Shown here piece after piece: positions 38,958-51,129 of a DNA stretch of 64,000 nucleotides. The translations under genes and the position numbers were made by a program. The notes under the pieces were generated by a model. That model searched no databases, was not told where the DNA came from, and worked only from the letters and a program-made list of their open reading frames with translations. The DNA is from Heptranchias perlo. Taxonomy: Eukaryota. How positions within the stretch are numbered: position 1 is the stretch's first letter; each line of letters opens with the position of its first letter. The stretch spans positions 14,198,001-14,262,000 of the forward strand of contig NC_090346.1 in NCBI RefSeq assembly GCF_035084215.1, written 5' to 3'.

Positions 38958-39511
38958 CTGAAAGGAAAATGCAGTGAGATTGGAATTTTCTTAATTATGT
39001 TCCTTCGTTCCCTTCTCCTCTTACCTCGTTCATACCCCCCCCACCACAACCTTTCTAAAAAGGTGACAAATCACACTGGGGTCCAATTACACCTTCACCC
39101 GGCAGTCCAGCCACACGTCAGGCGGCTATTTGACCGTGGGATGCAGTGCGTTGTCATGGCTAAGCCAGGTTCTCTTCTCATCTGACCTCCACTTGTCACC
39201 AGGAACAGGAGTAGGCCATTCGGCCCCTCAAGCCTATTCCCCATTCTATTGGATCACTGCCGCTCTGCACCTCAAACTCCATTTACCCGCCTTTGACACA
39301 TATCCCTTGATCGATGGATAGGATCAGCTCATTAGCATGGGGGGGGGGGGTGGGGGGCGGCGGTGGTTGGAGCTGGCCATTTGAGGTGTCAGCATACACG
39401 GCAGGCAATTGATTCCCTCCCTCCCTGTAGCACTCCAGCTCAGACACCTGCAGGGCCATACCGATCCGCTGGTGCGGTGTGCACATACAGCAGCGCTGCA
39501 TGTCCATGATA

Positions 39512-39575
39512 TCCACCTCCACCTCCACCTCCACCTCCACCTCCACCTCCACCTCCACCTCCACCTCCACCTCCA
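39512..39575. repeat. (CTCCAC)n microsatellite at an L2 tail
   Basis: ~10 perfect hexamers adjoining a minus-strand L2 3' end (~39575-40030). Confidence 0.92.
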
Positions 39576-40121
39576 CAACAGTAACTTGCATTTATATGGC
39601 GCCTTTAACGTAGCAAAACGTCCCAAGGCGCTTCACAGGAGCGTAATCAAACAAAATTTGATACCAAGTTACATAAGGAGATATTAGGACAGGTGACCAA
39701 AAGCTTGGTCAAAGACATAGTTTTAAGGAGCGTCTTAAGTAAGGAGGAGAGACAGATGGGTAGGCGGAGAGGTTTAGGGAGGGAATTTCAGAGATTAGGG
39801 CCGAGGCAGCTGAAGGCACGGCCGCCAATGGTACAGCAATTAAAATAGTCGATGCCCAAGGAGCCAGAAATGGAGGAGCGCAGAGATCTCGGACCGTTGT
39901 AGAGCTAGAGAAGGTTAGAGAGATAGGGAGGGGACGAGGCCATGGAGGGATTTGAACAGGACGACAAGAATTTTAAAATCAAAATTGGTGGACCGGAAGC
40001 CAATGTAGGTCAGTGAGCACAGGGGTGAAGCTTAAAGACCGAAGGAAGGAATGAAAGACCAAGGACACTCCAGAACACCAACAGAAGACCAATGACAGAT
40101 CGAACCCTTGGCCAAACTTAC

Positions 40122-40309
40122 CTGGCTGGAAACTTCATATTCCACGTGTTTTAGGAACAGACCCTTCTTCTCAGGAATTAGTTCCACCTGCACCGTGTCG
40201 ATATGCATCAGCTCTCGCAGAGTCTTTGACAGGAGGATAGGATTCCCCTGAGCCTGCATTCGGATCGACTCCAGCTGGCCCGGATCACCCAGCTGAGGCT
40301 TCGGATACT
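40122..40309 (-). CDS. SNX8: SNX8 exon 4
   Basis: EYPKPQLGDPGQLESIRMQAQGNPILLSKTL..DTVQVELIPEKKGLFLKHVEYEVSSQ. Confidence 0.94.
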
Positions 40310-42812
40310 CTTGGGAAGAAGCAGCTCGTTATAAAATAGCACAGGGAAAACCAACCGCCCCCACAGACCAGCACCCACACTAGCTTCCCCGCTTCAGCCA
40401 CAAAAGGCCACTTTTGCACAGGTCCCTATAAGCTACTAGAGTCACTCAGCACACAATGGATAAAAGACCACTCATTCCCATCTAATATTGTATTTCTCTG
40501 CAATTATCGCGTACGATAAACTTATTCTCTTCCCCCCTCCCCCACTCTAAGTTTCTCCTAATGAAAAGCTTGGCTCCACCATTGGTGGCCGCGCCTTCAG
40601 CGATCTAGGCCCTAAGCTCTGGAATTACCTCCCTAAATCTCTGCGACTCTCTACTTTTCCTTTAAGACACTCCTTAAAACCTACCTCTATGACTAAGTTT
40701 TTGGTTGCCTGTCCTAATATCTCCTTATGTGGCTCGGTGTCAAATTTTGTTTGATAATCGCTCCTATAAAGCCCCTTGGGATGTTTTACTATATGTGTTA
40801 GCCGTGGCTCAGTGGGCAGCACTCGCGCCTCAGAGTCAGAAGGTTGTGGGTTCAAGTCCCACTCCAGAGACTTAAGCATATGGTCCAGGCTGACACTTCC
40901 AGTGCTGTACACTGTACAGAGCGGACTTAAAAGATCCCATGGCACAATTTCAAAGAATAGCAGGGGAGTCCTGGCCGATATTTATCTCTTGACCAACACC
41001 TAAAACAGATTATCTGGTCATGATCACATTGCTGTTTGTGGGACATTGCTGTGCACAAATTGGCGGCCACATTACAACAATGACTACACTTCAAAAGTAC
41101 TTCATTGTCTGTAAAGCAATTTGGGACATCCTGAGGTTGTAAATGGCTCTATATGAATGCAAGTTCTTTTTCTTTAGCCTCTCTGCAGTCATTGTTGGCT
41201 TTGAACAGGTTCCGATAAGCTCCTGGAGTCAAACAGCACACAATGGATAAAAGACCATTCACTCCCATCTGATACTGTATTTCTCCACAGTTATCATGTA
41301 CAACAAACTTATTCTCCACCCCCCCCACCCCCATACCACCAAGTTTTCTCCTACTGTAGGTGCCTCAAGTACTAGCAGCCCTCTGGCACCTCACCCTAGG
41401 TCTACAGGGCTATGCGGCTACATAGGGCATCACAGCAGAGCTCGATCCTGCCCACCAGCACCCACGGTCTGTCGGAGCAGCAAATATCTTCAACCACTGA
41501 CCTGACGCGGGCCAGAGGAGTGGATATTAATTTACCATCACCACATGGAACAGCAGCCATATAAACAATGTGCTCATCTTATACAAAGAGCATCGTACTC
41601 TCCTACTATGCACGTACCACGGGCGGATCAGCGATTTGATGTATGCGGAGTGTACGCAGCTCGTATGATCAGTTGCTGGAAAGTAGAGAATAGAATCATA
41701 CAGCACAGAAGGCTGCCATTTAGCCCATCGTGCCTGTGCCAGCTCTTTGTAACAGCTATCCAATTAGTCCCACTCCCCCTGTTCTTTCCCCATACCCCTG
41801 CAAATATTTCCTTTTCAAGTATTCATCCAATTCCCTTTTGAAAGTTACTATTGAATCTGCTTCCAACACCTTTTCAGGCAGTGCATTCCAGATCACGTAG
41901 AAAAAATTCTCCTCATCTCCCCCTCTGATTATAGGGCTTTTTTCAGTCAGGGATTAATTTTAACATTCATCTTCCCCAAAATACTATAAAAAGCTGTGTT
42001 TCCGCCTTCTATTTAAATGAGTTATTTAAAAGGAGGTTCTCTGCTGCTTGCAGATCAGTAGCTCAGATACCTCAAGCTGATGAGCTAAAGTTCTGATCGG
42101 AACCGAGACATTGCCAGTTCCCTTGCTGATAATCGTGAATATTTTGAACCTGTTGAGAGTGGCGGTGAAGCCTCTACAATTAGCCCCAGCACCCCCTCCC
42201 CTCCCTATGGATTTGGGGCAAGAAACAGCCAGCCCTGCAAATTTCTCCTTTTGACACTATAAAACGTCTCAAACATGCACAAGCGGGCACCAATGCCAAA
42301 AAGGGGCGAGACGCAAATTTGCTTTGCCTTGGAATTCCTGATTCCCAGCTTCATTACTGCAATGGGACTTGGAAGTCTTCACCAGGATACACTCTCTCTC
42401 GCCTCCTAGTGGCAGTTACTTGGGGAGCAGATCACTGGCCCTGCGCTATGCAGGAAGTACAAGATCTGGAGAGGAAGGTTGGAGAGCACCAAAAAGGTAA
42501 GACTAGTAAAATTAGAGGATGTGTGCAAAAAAAGACAGCGCAGGGATTTACATTTACACCAAAAGAAAATCTGGAATTGCAACCTGCATCCTCTCTGCAG
42601 TCACTCTAGAATTCTACCTAACAGCACTGTGGGAGTACCTTCACCATACGGACTGCAGCAGGTTCAAGAGGTTAGCCCACCACCACCTTCTCAAGGGGGC
42701 AACCAGGGAAGGGCAATAAATGCCAGCCTTGCCAGCGACCCCCACATCCCGAGAATTTAATTTTTTTTTTAAATTAGGAAATGTTGAATGCACAACTTTG
42801 CACTCACCGTAC

Positions 42813-42942
42813 CTTGCGTGACGTTCTCCAGCAGTTTGGCTGAAGGCTGCTTCCCCTGCTGAGCCAGAGCGATCAGCACCAGAGCCCTGTACAGGGCCGA
42901 CTTTGTGATGGGCTCCTCCTTGGATTCTACAATCTCAGCAAT
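42813..42942 (-). CDS. SNX8: SNX8 exon 3 (N-terminal extension)
   Basis: IAEIVESKEEPITKSALYRALVLIALAQQGKQPSAKLLENVTQ; in frame with exons 2 and 4. Confidence 0.88.
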
Positions 42943-43994
42943 CTGGAACCATAGCATACAGAAGTAGTCACTCACTGTAGAACACAGCAGTCAATACGGG
43001 GTCTAATCCTTTCCCCTCATCCACCCACCAACAAAAAAAAACTTTCCCTTTAATTTAAACAGCAGAATTTATGTGCATTAGATTTTTTTCCGGGATGAGG
43101 GGGGTGTGGAGGACAAGTAAATCTCTTGTGCTCATTAAGCTGAGGCGTCAATGTTGGGGAGTGCCAACAAACACACCCATGGTCATGTAAAGCCACAGGT
43201 GTTTGTGGGAGCTTGCTGTGCACAAATTGGCTGCCGCGTTTCCTATATTACAACAGTGACTACATTTGAGAAAGTACCTCATTAGCTGAAAAGCACTTTG
43301 GGACGTCGTGAGGTCGTAAAAGGCAGTTTATAAATGCAAGTTCTTTCTTCACTGGTGCTCTACCAGCATTTTACAGATTCCCTTTAAATGCACAACGCAG
43401 ACTTCCCGATGGATCAGCCAGTCATAGGATCATAGAATGATACAGCACAGGAGGCTATTCAGCCCATTGTGCCCTTGCCAGCTCTTTGAAAGAGCTATCC
43501 AATTAGTCCCATTCCCCTGCACTTTCCCCATAGCCCTACAATTTTTTCCCCTGCAAGTATTTATCCAATTCCCTTTTGAAAGTTACTACTGAATCTACTT
43601 CCAGCACCCTTTCAGGCAGTGCATTCCAGATAATAACTCGCGACGTAATAATACACCATTCACGTAAATAAAGGGGCAGCTTTCACCCACTTTTGTTTCA
43701 GAATTATTGCACAGTATTTTGTGTATAGACTAGTTGCATAAACTAGGCAGTGGTCATATTTATGCACAGTTCTCACTAGCTGTATCATTTTCCTGGAATC
43801 GACAATCACTCAACACTTGGTATCAGCTGTGGCTCAGTGGATAGCACTCTCACCCGAGTCAGAAGATTGTGGGTTCAAGCCCCACTCCAGGACGTGAGCA
43901 CATAATCTAGTCTTACATTTCAGTAAAGTACTGAGGAAGTGCTGCACTGTTGGAGGTGCCGTCTTTCAGAAGAGAGGCTAAACCGCCCCTATTA

Positions 43995-44460
43995 CCTGTC
44001 TACCGGGGCTAAAAGGGTTAAATTATGAGGACAGGTTGCACAGACTAGGCTTGTATTCCCTCGAGTACAAAAGATTAAGGGTTGATCTGATTGAGTTTTT
44101 AAGATAGCAAAGGATTTGATAATGTAGACAGACAGAAACTATTTCTTCTGTTGGGAGGAGTCCAGAACAAGGGGGCATAACCTTAAAATTAGAGCTAGGC
44201 CATTCAGGGATGATGTCAGAAAGCACTTCACACAAAGGGGAGTGGAAATCTGGAAATCTCCCCCCACAAAAAAGCTGTGGATGCTGGGGGTAAAATGAAA
44301 ATTTAAAAAAACTGAGCTTGATAGATTTTTTATTAGGCAAGGGTATTAAGGGTCACGGAACCAAGGCGAGTAGATGGAGTTAAGATACAGTTCAGCCGTG
44401 ATCTAACTGAATGGCGGAACGGGCTCGAGGGGCTGAATGGCCTCCTCCTCTTCCTACTTG
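43995..44460 (+). mobile_element. CR1 3' fragment
   Basis: Same family as 2510-3110. Confidence 0.8.
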
Positions 44461-45326
44461 TACAGCCTATTCACCCTCCCACACCCACAGGCGACTATCA
44501 ACGTGGTGGGATCTCAGAGTTTTCCCCCTGGCCACAGACATGAGTCTCCGTTTTGCTCGGCTCCTGGTCTAAACCCCACCGGCTTTGGGAGAACTGCAGC
44601 GTCGCCATAGAACAGCAGCTATCCTTCCTTAGGCGGCAACTCAAGCTTCTTAGTGGCCAAAGAGGACAACCCACTTTCAGCAATGGGGTCCTCGTGCCAG
44701 ACAGAGGCACAGGCTAAACGGCGAAAGAAAAACACCACTCATGTAATGCCCAGTCCCTGATTAAATTCAGGAGAGAATATTTATTGCCCACTATCTGTCC
44801 CCAACACTCCCAGGAAGCATTATTTTATAAACCGTCTAAAGTCCCGGCAAGCAGCGAACGCCATTGAGAGGAGGGGAGAAAAGTTGCCAAAGAGAGAAAG
44901 TCAATGCAATAGTTTACTCACAATCACCTCTCCAGCTCTAAACAATGGCCTGTGTTATCTTTAAATGGTTTCCACAGGGAAAATCCTTCATGAAATATTT
45001 CTTGTGCTTCCTCCATCTCTCCAGTAAAAGTATTGCCAGGTGAGATATTCAAAAATACTGAATCAGTCCATAGGTTGCTGGTCAATATTTGAGTCCCCAG
45101 TCCTGTGGGTTAACCAGTCTGATCTAGATGCTAGACTGCAACTCATTCCACCACATAAAATGTTTTTAAAACACCCCCCAAAACAATCAATTGGTTTCCA
45201 ACCTCCAACACTCCTAGGTATCCATTAACCATTTAAAACCCCTCAGTGCATTTCTGCTCTGAATCCAATATCCTTCATCAAACATCCCACCGTGTGTCAG
45301 CGCTTACTGGGGAGTTGCTGCATTAC

Positions 45327-45454
45327 CTGGTTTTGTACAGCGGGGGTCAGCTCAGTCCTGTTCAACAGTTTGTGAAAGACACTTCTCCACACTCGGCCCT
45401 CCTGTTTACAGCAAATAGCTTCGTACACTTCTCTGTAATAGGGAGGCACATCAC
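45327..45454 (-). CDS. SNX8: SNX8 exon 2 (N-terminal extension; absent from the ORF track)
   Basis: GDVPPYYREVYEAICCKQEGRVWRSVFHKLLNRTELTPAVQNQ; canonical AG/GT; phases fit. Confidence 0.87.
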
Positions 45455-46829
45455 CTGCCACAAGGAAAAGGTTCAGAGGTCAGACGGATGAACTCAAGTC
45501 TTACACAGTAAACATCTCTAATCCGAGAGACAGAAGGAAGTTTCTACGTAAGGCCACTCCATGTGCACATAATCTAGGCTGACACGTGAAGTACTAAGGG
45601 AGTGCTGCACTGTCGGAGGTGCCATCTTTCGGATGAGATATCAAACCGAGGCCCCGTCTACCCTCTCGGGTGGATGTAAAAGATCGAAGAGGAGCAGGGG
45701 AGTTCTCCCCGGTGTTCTGGCCAATATTTATCCCTCAACTGACAAAAACAATTGATCTGGTCATTCATCTCATCGCTGTTTGTGGGATCTTGCTCTGCGC
45801 AAATTATCTGCTGCATTTCCCTACATTACAGCAGTGACTACACTTCAAGTGAAACACTTTTGGACGTTCTTCTTGTACCAATCCACCATGCTGAGCAATC
45901 ATATCACAAGACTTACTGTATGGTCATTACTTGCTGTGTAAAACACTTCAGGACTGCAACACATTAAACCTACACTAAGTGCAGGCTTGAGATAGACTAA
46001 AATCTGACCCTTTGCACTTCAAAAACGTCAGATGTGCAAAAAAAATTGCCACAGAAGCAACTTCAATACTTCCAGCCATCACCAGTAAGAAATACTGGCA
46101 GACTGGTTGGACATTTTGCAATAAGGTTTAAGTACAGAGCAAAGGAGATACTTTTATGGCCACACTGTCTGGAGAGATTACAGAATTGCACATTTTTCAA
46201 GGCAAACAACCAATCTCCCCATAGAATTCTCATCCTTGTTTTCAAATCCCTCTGTGGCCTCACCTCTCCCTATCTCTGTAATCTCCTCCAGCCCTACAAC
46301 CCTCCGAGATCTCCACGTTCCTCCAATTCTGGCCTCTTGTGCAACCCCTTCGCCTGACCATTGGCGGCCGTGCCTTCGGCTGCCTAGCCCCTAAGCTCTG
46401 GAATTCCCTCCCTAAACCTCTCTCTCCTCCTTTAAGACACTGCTTAAAACCTCTCTCTTTGACCAAGCTTTTGGTCACTTGTCCTAATATCTCCTTATGT
46501 GGCTCGGTGTCAATATTTGTTTGATAACACTCCTGTGAAGCGCCTTGGGTCATTTTACTACATTAAAGGTGCTATATAAATGCAAGCTGTTGTTATAGTT
46601 GATACTCTCAAGTACTTAAAATAAAACAGGGAGCTCTCCCTCCCCCAGTTCAGCTGAGCTACGCAAGCTAGGAAGGACTCGGGTTCAATCCTCGCTCTGC
46701 GTTGAGTTAGCTGGTCGCGGCAGGGGCAGCAACTGGGGGACACTGCACACCTGGGGAAGAATGAGCAACCGCACAAGGTACTGGAGGCTAGACAGTACTG
46801 GTGGGGGTGGGGGGGGGAAAAGAGAAGTG

Positions 46830-47390
46830 ATTACATAAATTGGGCACATTCTCATTGGAAAAGAGGTTGAGATGTGATATGATTGCTGTTTTTAGGATTC
46901 TAAAGGGACTGGATAATGTAGACCACGACAAGCTGTTTTACCTTGTCCAGAACAGTAGGACCAGAGGACATGGGCTGGGCTTGAAGGGAGGATAAACTAA
47001 TCTGCAGAAATATTATTTGTGAGCGAGTGGTCAATCTATGGAACAGACTCCCCAGAGTGACGGTGGACGCAGTTAGTATTGATTCATGCACATTAGATAG
47101 ATTTTTTTTTAATGAAAATAAAAATTTGGGACATAGTAAATGAGTAATTTAAGACGTGACATGTGGTAAAGTAACATGCTTGGGAGGAACTGGTGACTTT
47201 AGACCTATGGTTCCCAAAGCTCTCCACCACTGGGGTTTTCCAAGTGTCATGTCTGGGTCTGTTGTAGACTAATTGATAGAGATTGATCGCTATAATTAGT
47301 CAATAACTCTATTATCATTGTATCATGCGACTGGCAGGATGGTAGAAGGTGAACTAGATGAACTTTGGTCTTAAAAACCATGTTCCTATA
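46830..47390 (+). mobile_element. CR1-like 3' fragment with a distinct 3' UTR
   Basis: RLRCDMI..RTRGH..WNRLP motifs; related UTR piece at ~50390-50510. Confidence 0.6.
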
Positions 47391-47722
47391 CCCGGCCAGA
47401 GTCAACACCTTCACGACAGGAGGGAGGAAAAGCGGGAGAAAAAAGTGCAGCTGTGACATTAGCAGCCCTCATTGTTAATCTGAGGCACACCACACAATAG
47501 TGAAACCAGCTTTACAAAACAATTCCCATTACTTATACAGACATAAGGAACACTTAAATCCCACCAGCCATTTCCTTTTCATACATGTGCTAAACAAATG
47601 TTTCCTTACCAACCACACTGCAAGAATGAATATTGTCTAAACAATCCATCAATTTCTTTTTAAAAGCCACGAGTCACAACCATAAATATACAAAAAAGGT
47701 TTTTTTTGGCTGCAACAAAACG

Positions 47723-48144
47723 TTCGGGCAGTGCCCACAGCACCACTTCGGGCAGTGCCCACAGCACCACTTCGGGCAGTGCCCACAGCACCACTTCGGG
47801 CAGTGCCCACAGCACCACTTCGGGCAGTGCCCACAGCACCACTTCGGGCAGTGCCCACAGCACCACTTCGGGCAGTGCCCACAGCACCACTTCGGGCAGT
47901 GCCCACAGCACCACTTCGGGCAGTGCCCACAGCACCACTTCGGGCAGTGCCCACAGCACCACTTCGGGCAGTGCCCACAGCACCACTTCGGGCAGTGCCC
48001 ACAGCACCACTTCGGGCAGTGCCCACAGCACCACTTCGGGCAGTGCCCACAGCACCACTTCGGGCAGTGCCCACAGCACCACTTCGGGCAGTGCCCACAG
48101 CACCACTTCGGGCAGTGCCCACAGCACCACTTCGGGCAGTGCCC
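47723..48144. repeat. Perfect 24-bp minisatellite, 17.6 copies
   Basis: ttcgggcagtgcccacagcaccac repeated without visible variants. Confidence 0.97.
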
Positions 48145-48715
48145 TAATCTGCAGGAGACTGCCATGAAACAAAACTGCATTCCCGAAGTGTGATGGAAGT
48201 CAATGGCTTTACAGATAATAAATTGAATATATAGACAGATCATATAACAGCACTTAGACAACACATTTAGCATAGCAAAACATCCCATAGCATGTGGGGG
48301 GGGGGGGAAATGGAAGAAGAAAAAAAGAGGTAAGACATCAAGCACAATGCTTGTACCCAACTTCTAAGTATCTCTGTCATGCCTACAATTATCTGACCTC
48401 ACCTTCTTTTAAAAAGGGAAAAAAATAACATCTTTTCAGGTAAGGAAAGAATATAACAATAAGACACGAGATGTAATGACAATTTTAAGAGTGACAGCAA
48501 ATGTCAGCTTGGCTCAGTGGGTAGCACCCTCACCTCTGAGTCAGGCGGCCGTGGGTTCAAACCCCACTCCAGGACTTGAGCACAGAAATCTAGGCAGACA
48601 CTCCCGAGGGAGTGCTGCACTGTCAGAGATGCTGTCTTTTGGATGAGAAGTTAAACCAAGGCCCTGTCTGCCCTCTCAGGTGGATGTAAAAGATCCCACT
48701 GCATGATTTGAAGAG

Positions 48716-49631
48716 TAAGGAATCTTACAACACCAGGTTATAGTCCAACAAATTTATTTTAAAATCACAAGCTTTCGGAGGTTATCCCCTTCGTCAGATG
48801 AATGAGTGAAAAGGTTCTCAAATCGCACATCTTATACTATGCTGGGACAGCATCACACCAATCAAAAGGTGTCGTTGTTATTCAAACAGGCCAGTCACGG
48901 AGAACAGCACGTCCCAGTACACTGGATATACATTGTGTCAATTACACAGGCAGGCAGAAAGAAACCCAAAATGGCAGAGAGAGAGAATATTAAAAAACAT
49001 AATTTTTTTCCCCCTTTTTGCTGGTGGGGTTACGTGTAGCGTGACATGAACCCAAGATCCCGGTTGAGGCCGTCCTCATGGGTGCGGAACTTGGCTATCA
49101 ACTTCTGCTCGACGATTTTGCGTTGTCGTGTCTCTCTTCGGGTAAGCGTTCTCCAAGGCGGCCTTCGAGACACACGACAACGCAAAATCGTCGAGCAGAA
49201 GTTGATAGCCAAGTTCCGCACCCATGAGGACGGCCTCAACCGGGATCTTGGGTTCATGTCACGCTACACGTAACCCCACCAGCAAAAAGGGGGAAAAAAA
49301 TTATGTTTTTTAATATTCTCTCTCTCTCTCTCTGCCATTTTGGGTTTCTTTCTGCCTGCCTGTGTAATTGACACAATGTATATCCAGTGTACTGGGACGT
49401 GCTGTTCTCCGTGACTGGCCTGTTTGAATAACAACGACACCTTTTGATTGGTGTGATGCTGTCCCAGCATAGTATAAGATATGCGATTTGAGAACCTTTT
49501 CACTCATTCATCTGACGAAGGGGATAACCTCCGAAAGCTTGTGATTTTAAAATAAATTTGTTGGACTATAACCTGGTGTTGTAAGATTCCTTACATTTGT
49601 CCACCCCAGTCCATCACCGGCATCTCCACAT
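48716..49631 (+). mobile_element. Penelope-like element 3' fragment (GIY-YIG C-terminus plus pLTR) with inverted self-copy (subfamily B), inserted in a Deu-SINE
   Basis: Arms ~48715-49131 / ~49172-49594; LRVSVLQGGLRDTRQRKIVEQKLIAKFRTHEDGLNRDLGFM; tail 49595-49631; TSD catgatttgaagag at 48702-48715 and 49632-49645. Confidence 0.9.
49508..49544 (+). ncRNA. Minimal type I hammerhead motif (mirror copy on - strand at 48765-48801)
   Basis: TCAT-CTGACGA-A-GGGG/ATAAC/CTCC-GAAA-GC-TT-GTGA. Confidence 0.75.
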
Positions 49632-50176
49632 CATGATTTGAAGAGGAGCAGGGAATTCTTCCAGTGTCTTTATCCCTCAAACAACATCTCTAAATCAGAT
49701 TATCTGGTCACTTCATATCTCATCACTGGATGTAGGACCTTGCAGTGTGCAAATTGGCTGCTGCGTTTGACAGTTCAAAAAAGTTAATTAATTTGTCATG
49801 AGGAGGTTTGGGACATGAAAGACACGAAGCTTTCTTTCATTGCAACATGCAATGAACAGGAAATTTCAGCACTCAAGAGCGCCTCTTTAAAGCAATTTAA
49901 GGGAGTAAAATGCCATTAACTTTTTCTCCCTGTTCCAATAATATGATGAAATTAAAAGGAGACGTGTCCAGGCCAGCTTGAGAAAAAAGTCCTTTTAAGA
50001 AATTGCACATTGTTTAACACTTGTGAATGGGTCTATAAAAATAAGCTTGCACTACTGTATAAAAGCAGAACTGTGTGCACAAAATTGTGCAATAAGTCGT
50101 GCACAACTTAGTGTAAAAATGGCATAAATCCAAACACTCCACACAACTGCAAGTGGAGAAAATATATATAGAGATT

Positions 50177-50386
50177 CAAAAGCAAAATACTGCGGATGCT
50201 GGAAATCAGAAATAAAAACAGAAAATGCAGGAGAAGCTCAGCAAGTCAGGCAGCATCTGTGGAGAAGGAATTGACATCTTTTAACATCTTCCAGTTCTGA
50301 CGAAAGTTCTTCGACCTGAAACGTTAACTCTGTTTCTTTCTCCACAGATGCTGCCTGACTTGCTGAGCTTCTCCAGCATTTTCTGC
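50177..50386. mobile_element. Penelope-like pLTR fold-back insertion (subfamily C)
   Basis: Tail on the left (reverse complement of the 17403-17434 tail), inverted arms, TSD atatat(a/g)gagatt at 50164-50176 and 50387-50399. Confidence 0.8.
50293..50329 (+). ncRNA. Minimal type I hammerhead motif
   Basis: AGTT-CTGACGA-A-AGTTC/TTC/GACCT-GAAA-CG-TT-AACT; stem I AGTT/AACT; one stem II mismatch. Confidence 0.68.
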
Positions 50387-51106
50387 ATATATGGAGATTG
50401 ATTACTATGTTTAGTCAACCAGTCCATTATCGTTGTATTACGCGACTACCAGGATAGTAGAAAGCGAACTACATGAACCTTGGGTTTTTTTGGTCCAGTA
50501 ATTCCTATGTTCCAATAATAGGTCTATAAACCGTGTTAAATGGTGTATAGGACACGTTATATAAGATGTAAATATAAAATGCACAAAGCGGACAGCGCAA
50601 AGCCCTCGGGAACAAGTTTCCTTTGGACAATTTTCTCACCTCGGGGTTTCGTGTAACTTTGTTGCCTTTTCAACACCGCTACTTTCTGGAGCCGCACCGA
50701 CTGCCACGTTAATGGGAACTCCGGTCAATGGGGGAGTGATGGCGGGGATTACCCCCGGTTAGTAGGGGACTCCCAGCTCACTGGGGGGGGGGGGGAGGGA
50801 GAGTGCAGAGACCGTGGGTGGGGAGAGGAGGTGGGGGGACCCTTGGGTAGAAGTTGGGTCTCCAGCTCGAAGCCCGGCTCCTCACAGCCCCCTCCCTCCC
50901 TCCCTTCCCCTCCTCTCCTCTCCTCTCTCTCGGGTATTTTCATTCATCCCACAGCTCGGTGTAAAAGTGACTCCCCCCCCCCACCCCCGGCGGGAATGAG
51001 AGATTTTTTTCAGCACAAAACCCTCAACTTTAGTTCTTAAAAGTTAGGGAGGAAAATAAAAACTTTTTTTCTCCATGAAGAACAAACTTTTAATTTTCCC
51101 TCTTAC

Positions 51107-51128
51107 CTTCATTAATCTCCCTCTCCAT
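51107..51128 (-). CDS. SNX8: SNX8 exon 1 coding part (MEREINE-G)
   Basis: ATG 51128; AAG|GTAAGA donor; phase 1 joins exon 2 in frame. Confidence 0.78.
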
Positions 51129-51129
51129 G

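Noticed and set aside
39283-39687. VE/WR/HL dipeptide ORFs
   Set aside because: Translations of a (CTCCAC)n microsatellite.
47633-48360. Six overlapping repeat-protein ORFs, a CRISPR array, or IRE array (CAGTGC)
   Set aside because: Pure tandem repeat with no spacers; ORFs arise from a stop-free 24-mer; bases flanking CAGTGC do not form the 5-bp IRE stem.
49030-49273. Mirror-image 75-aa ORFs as a gene pair
   Set aside because: Artefact of the palindrome; only the GIY-YIG C-terminal fragment is meaningful.
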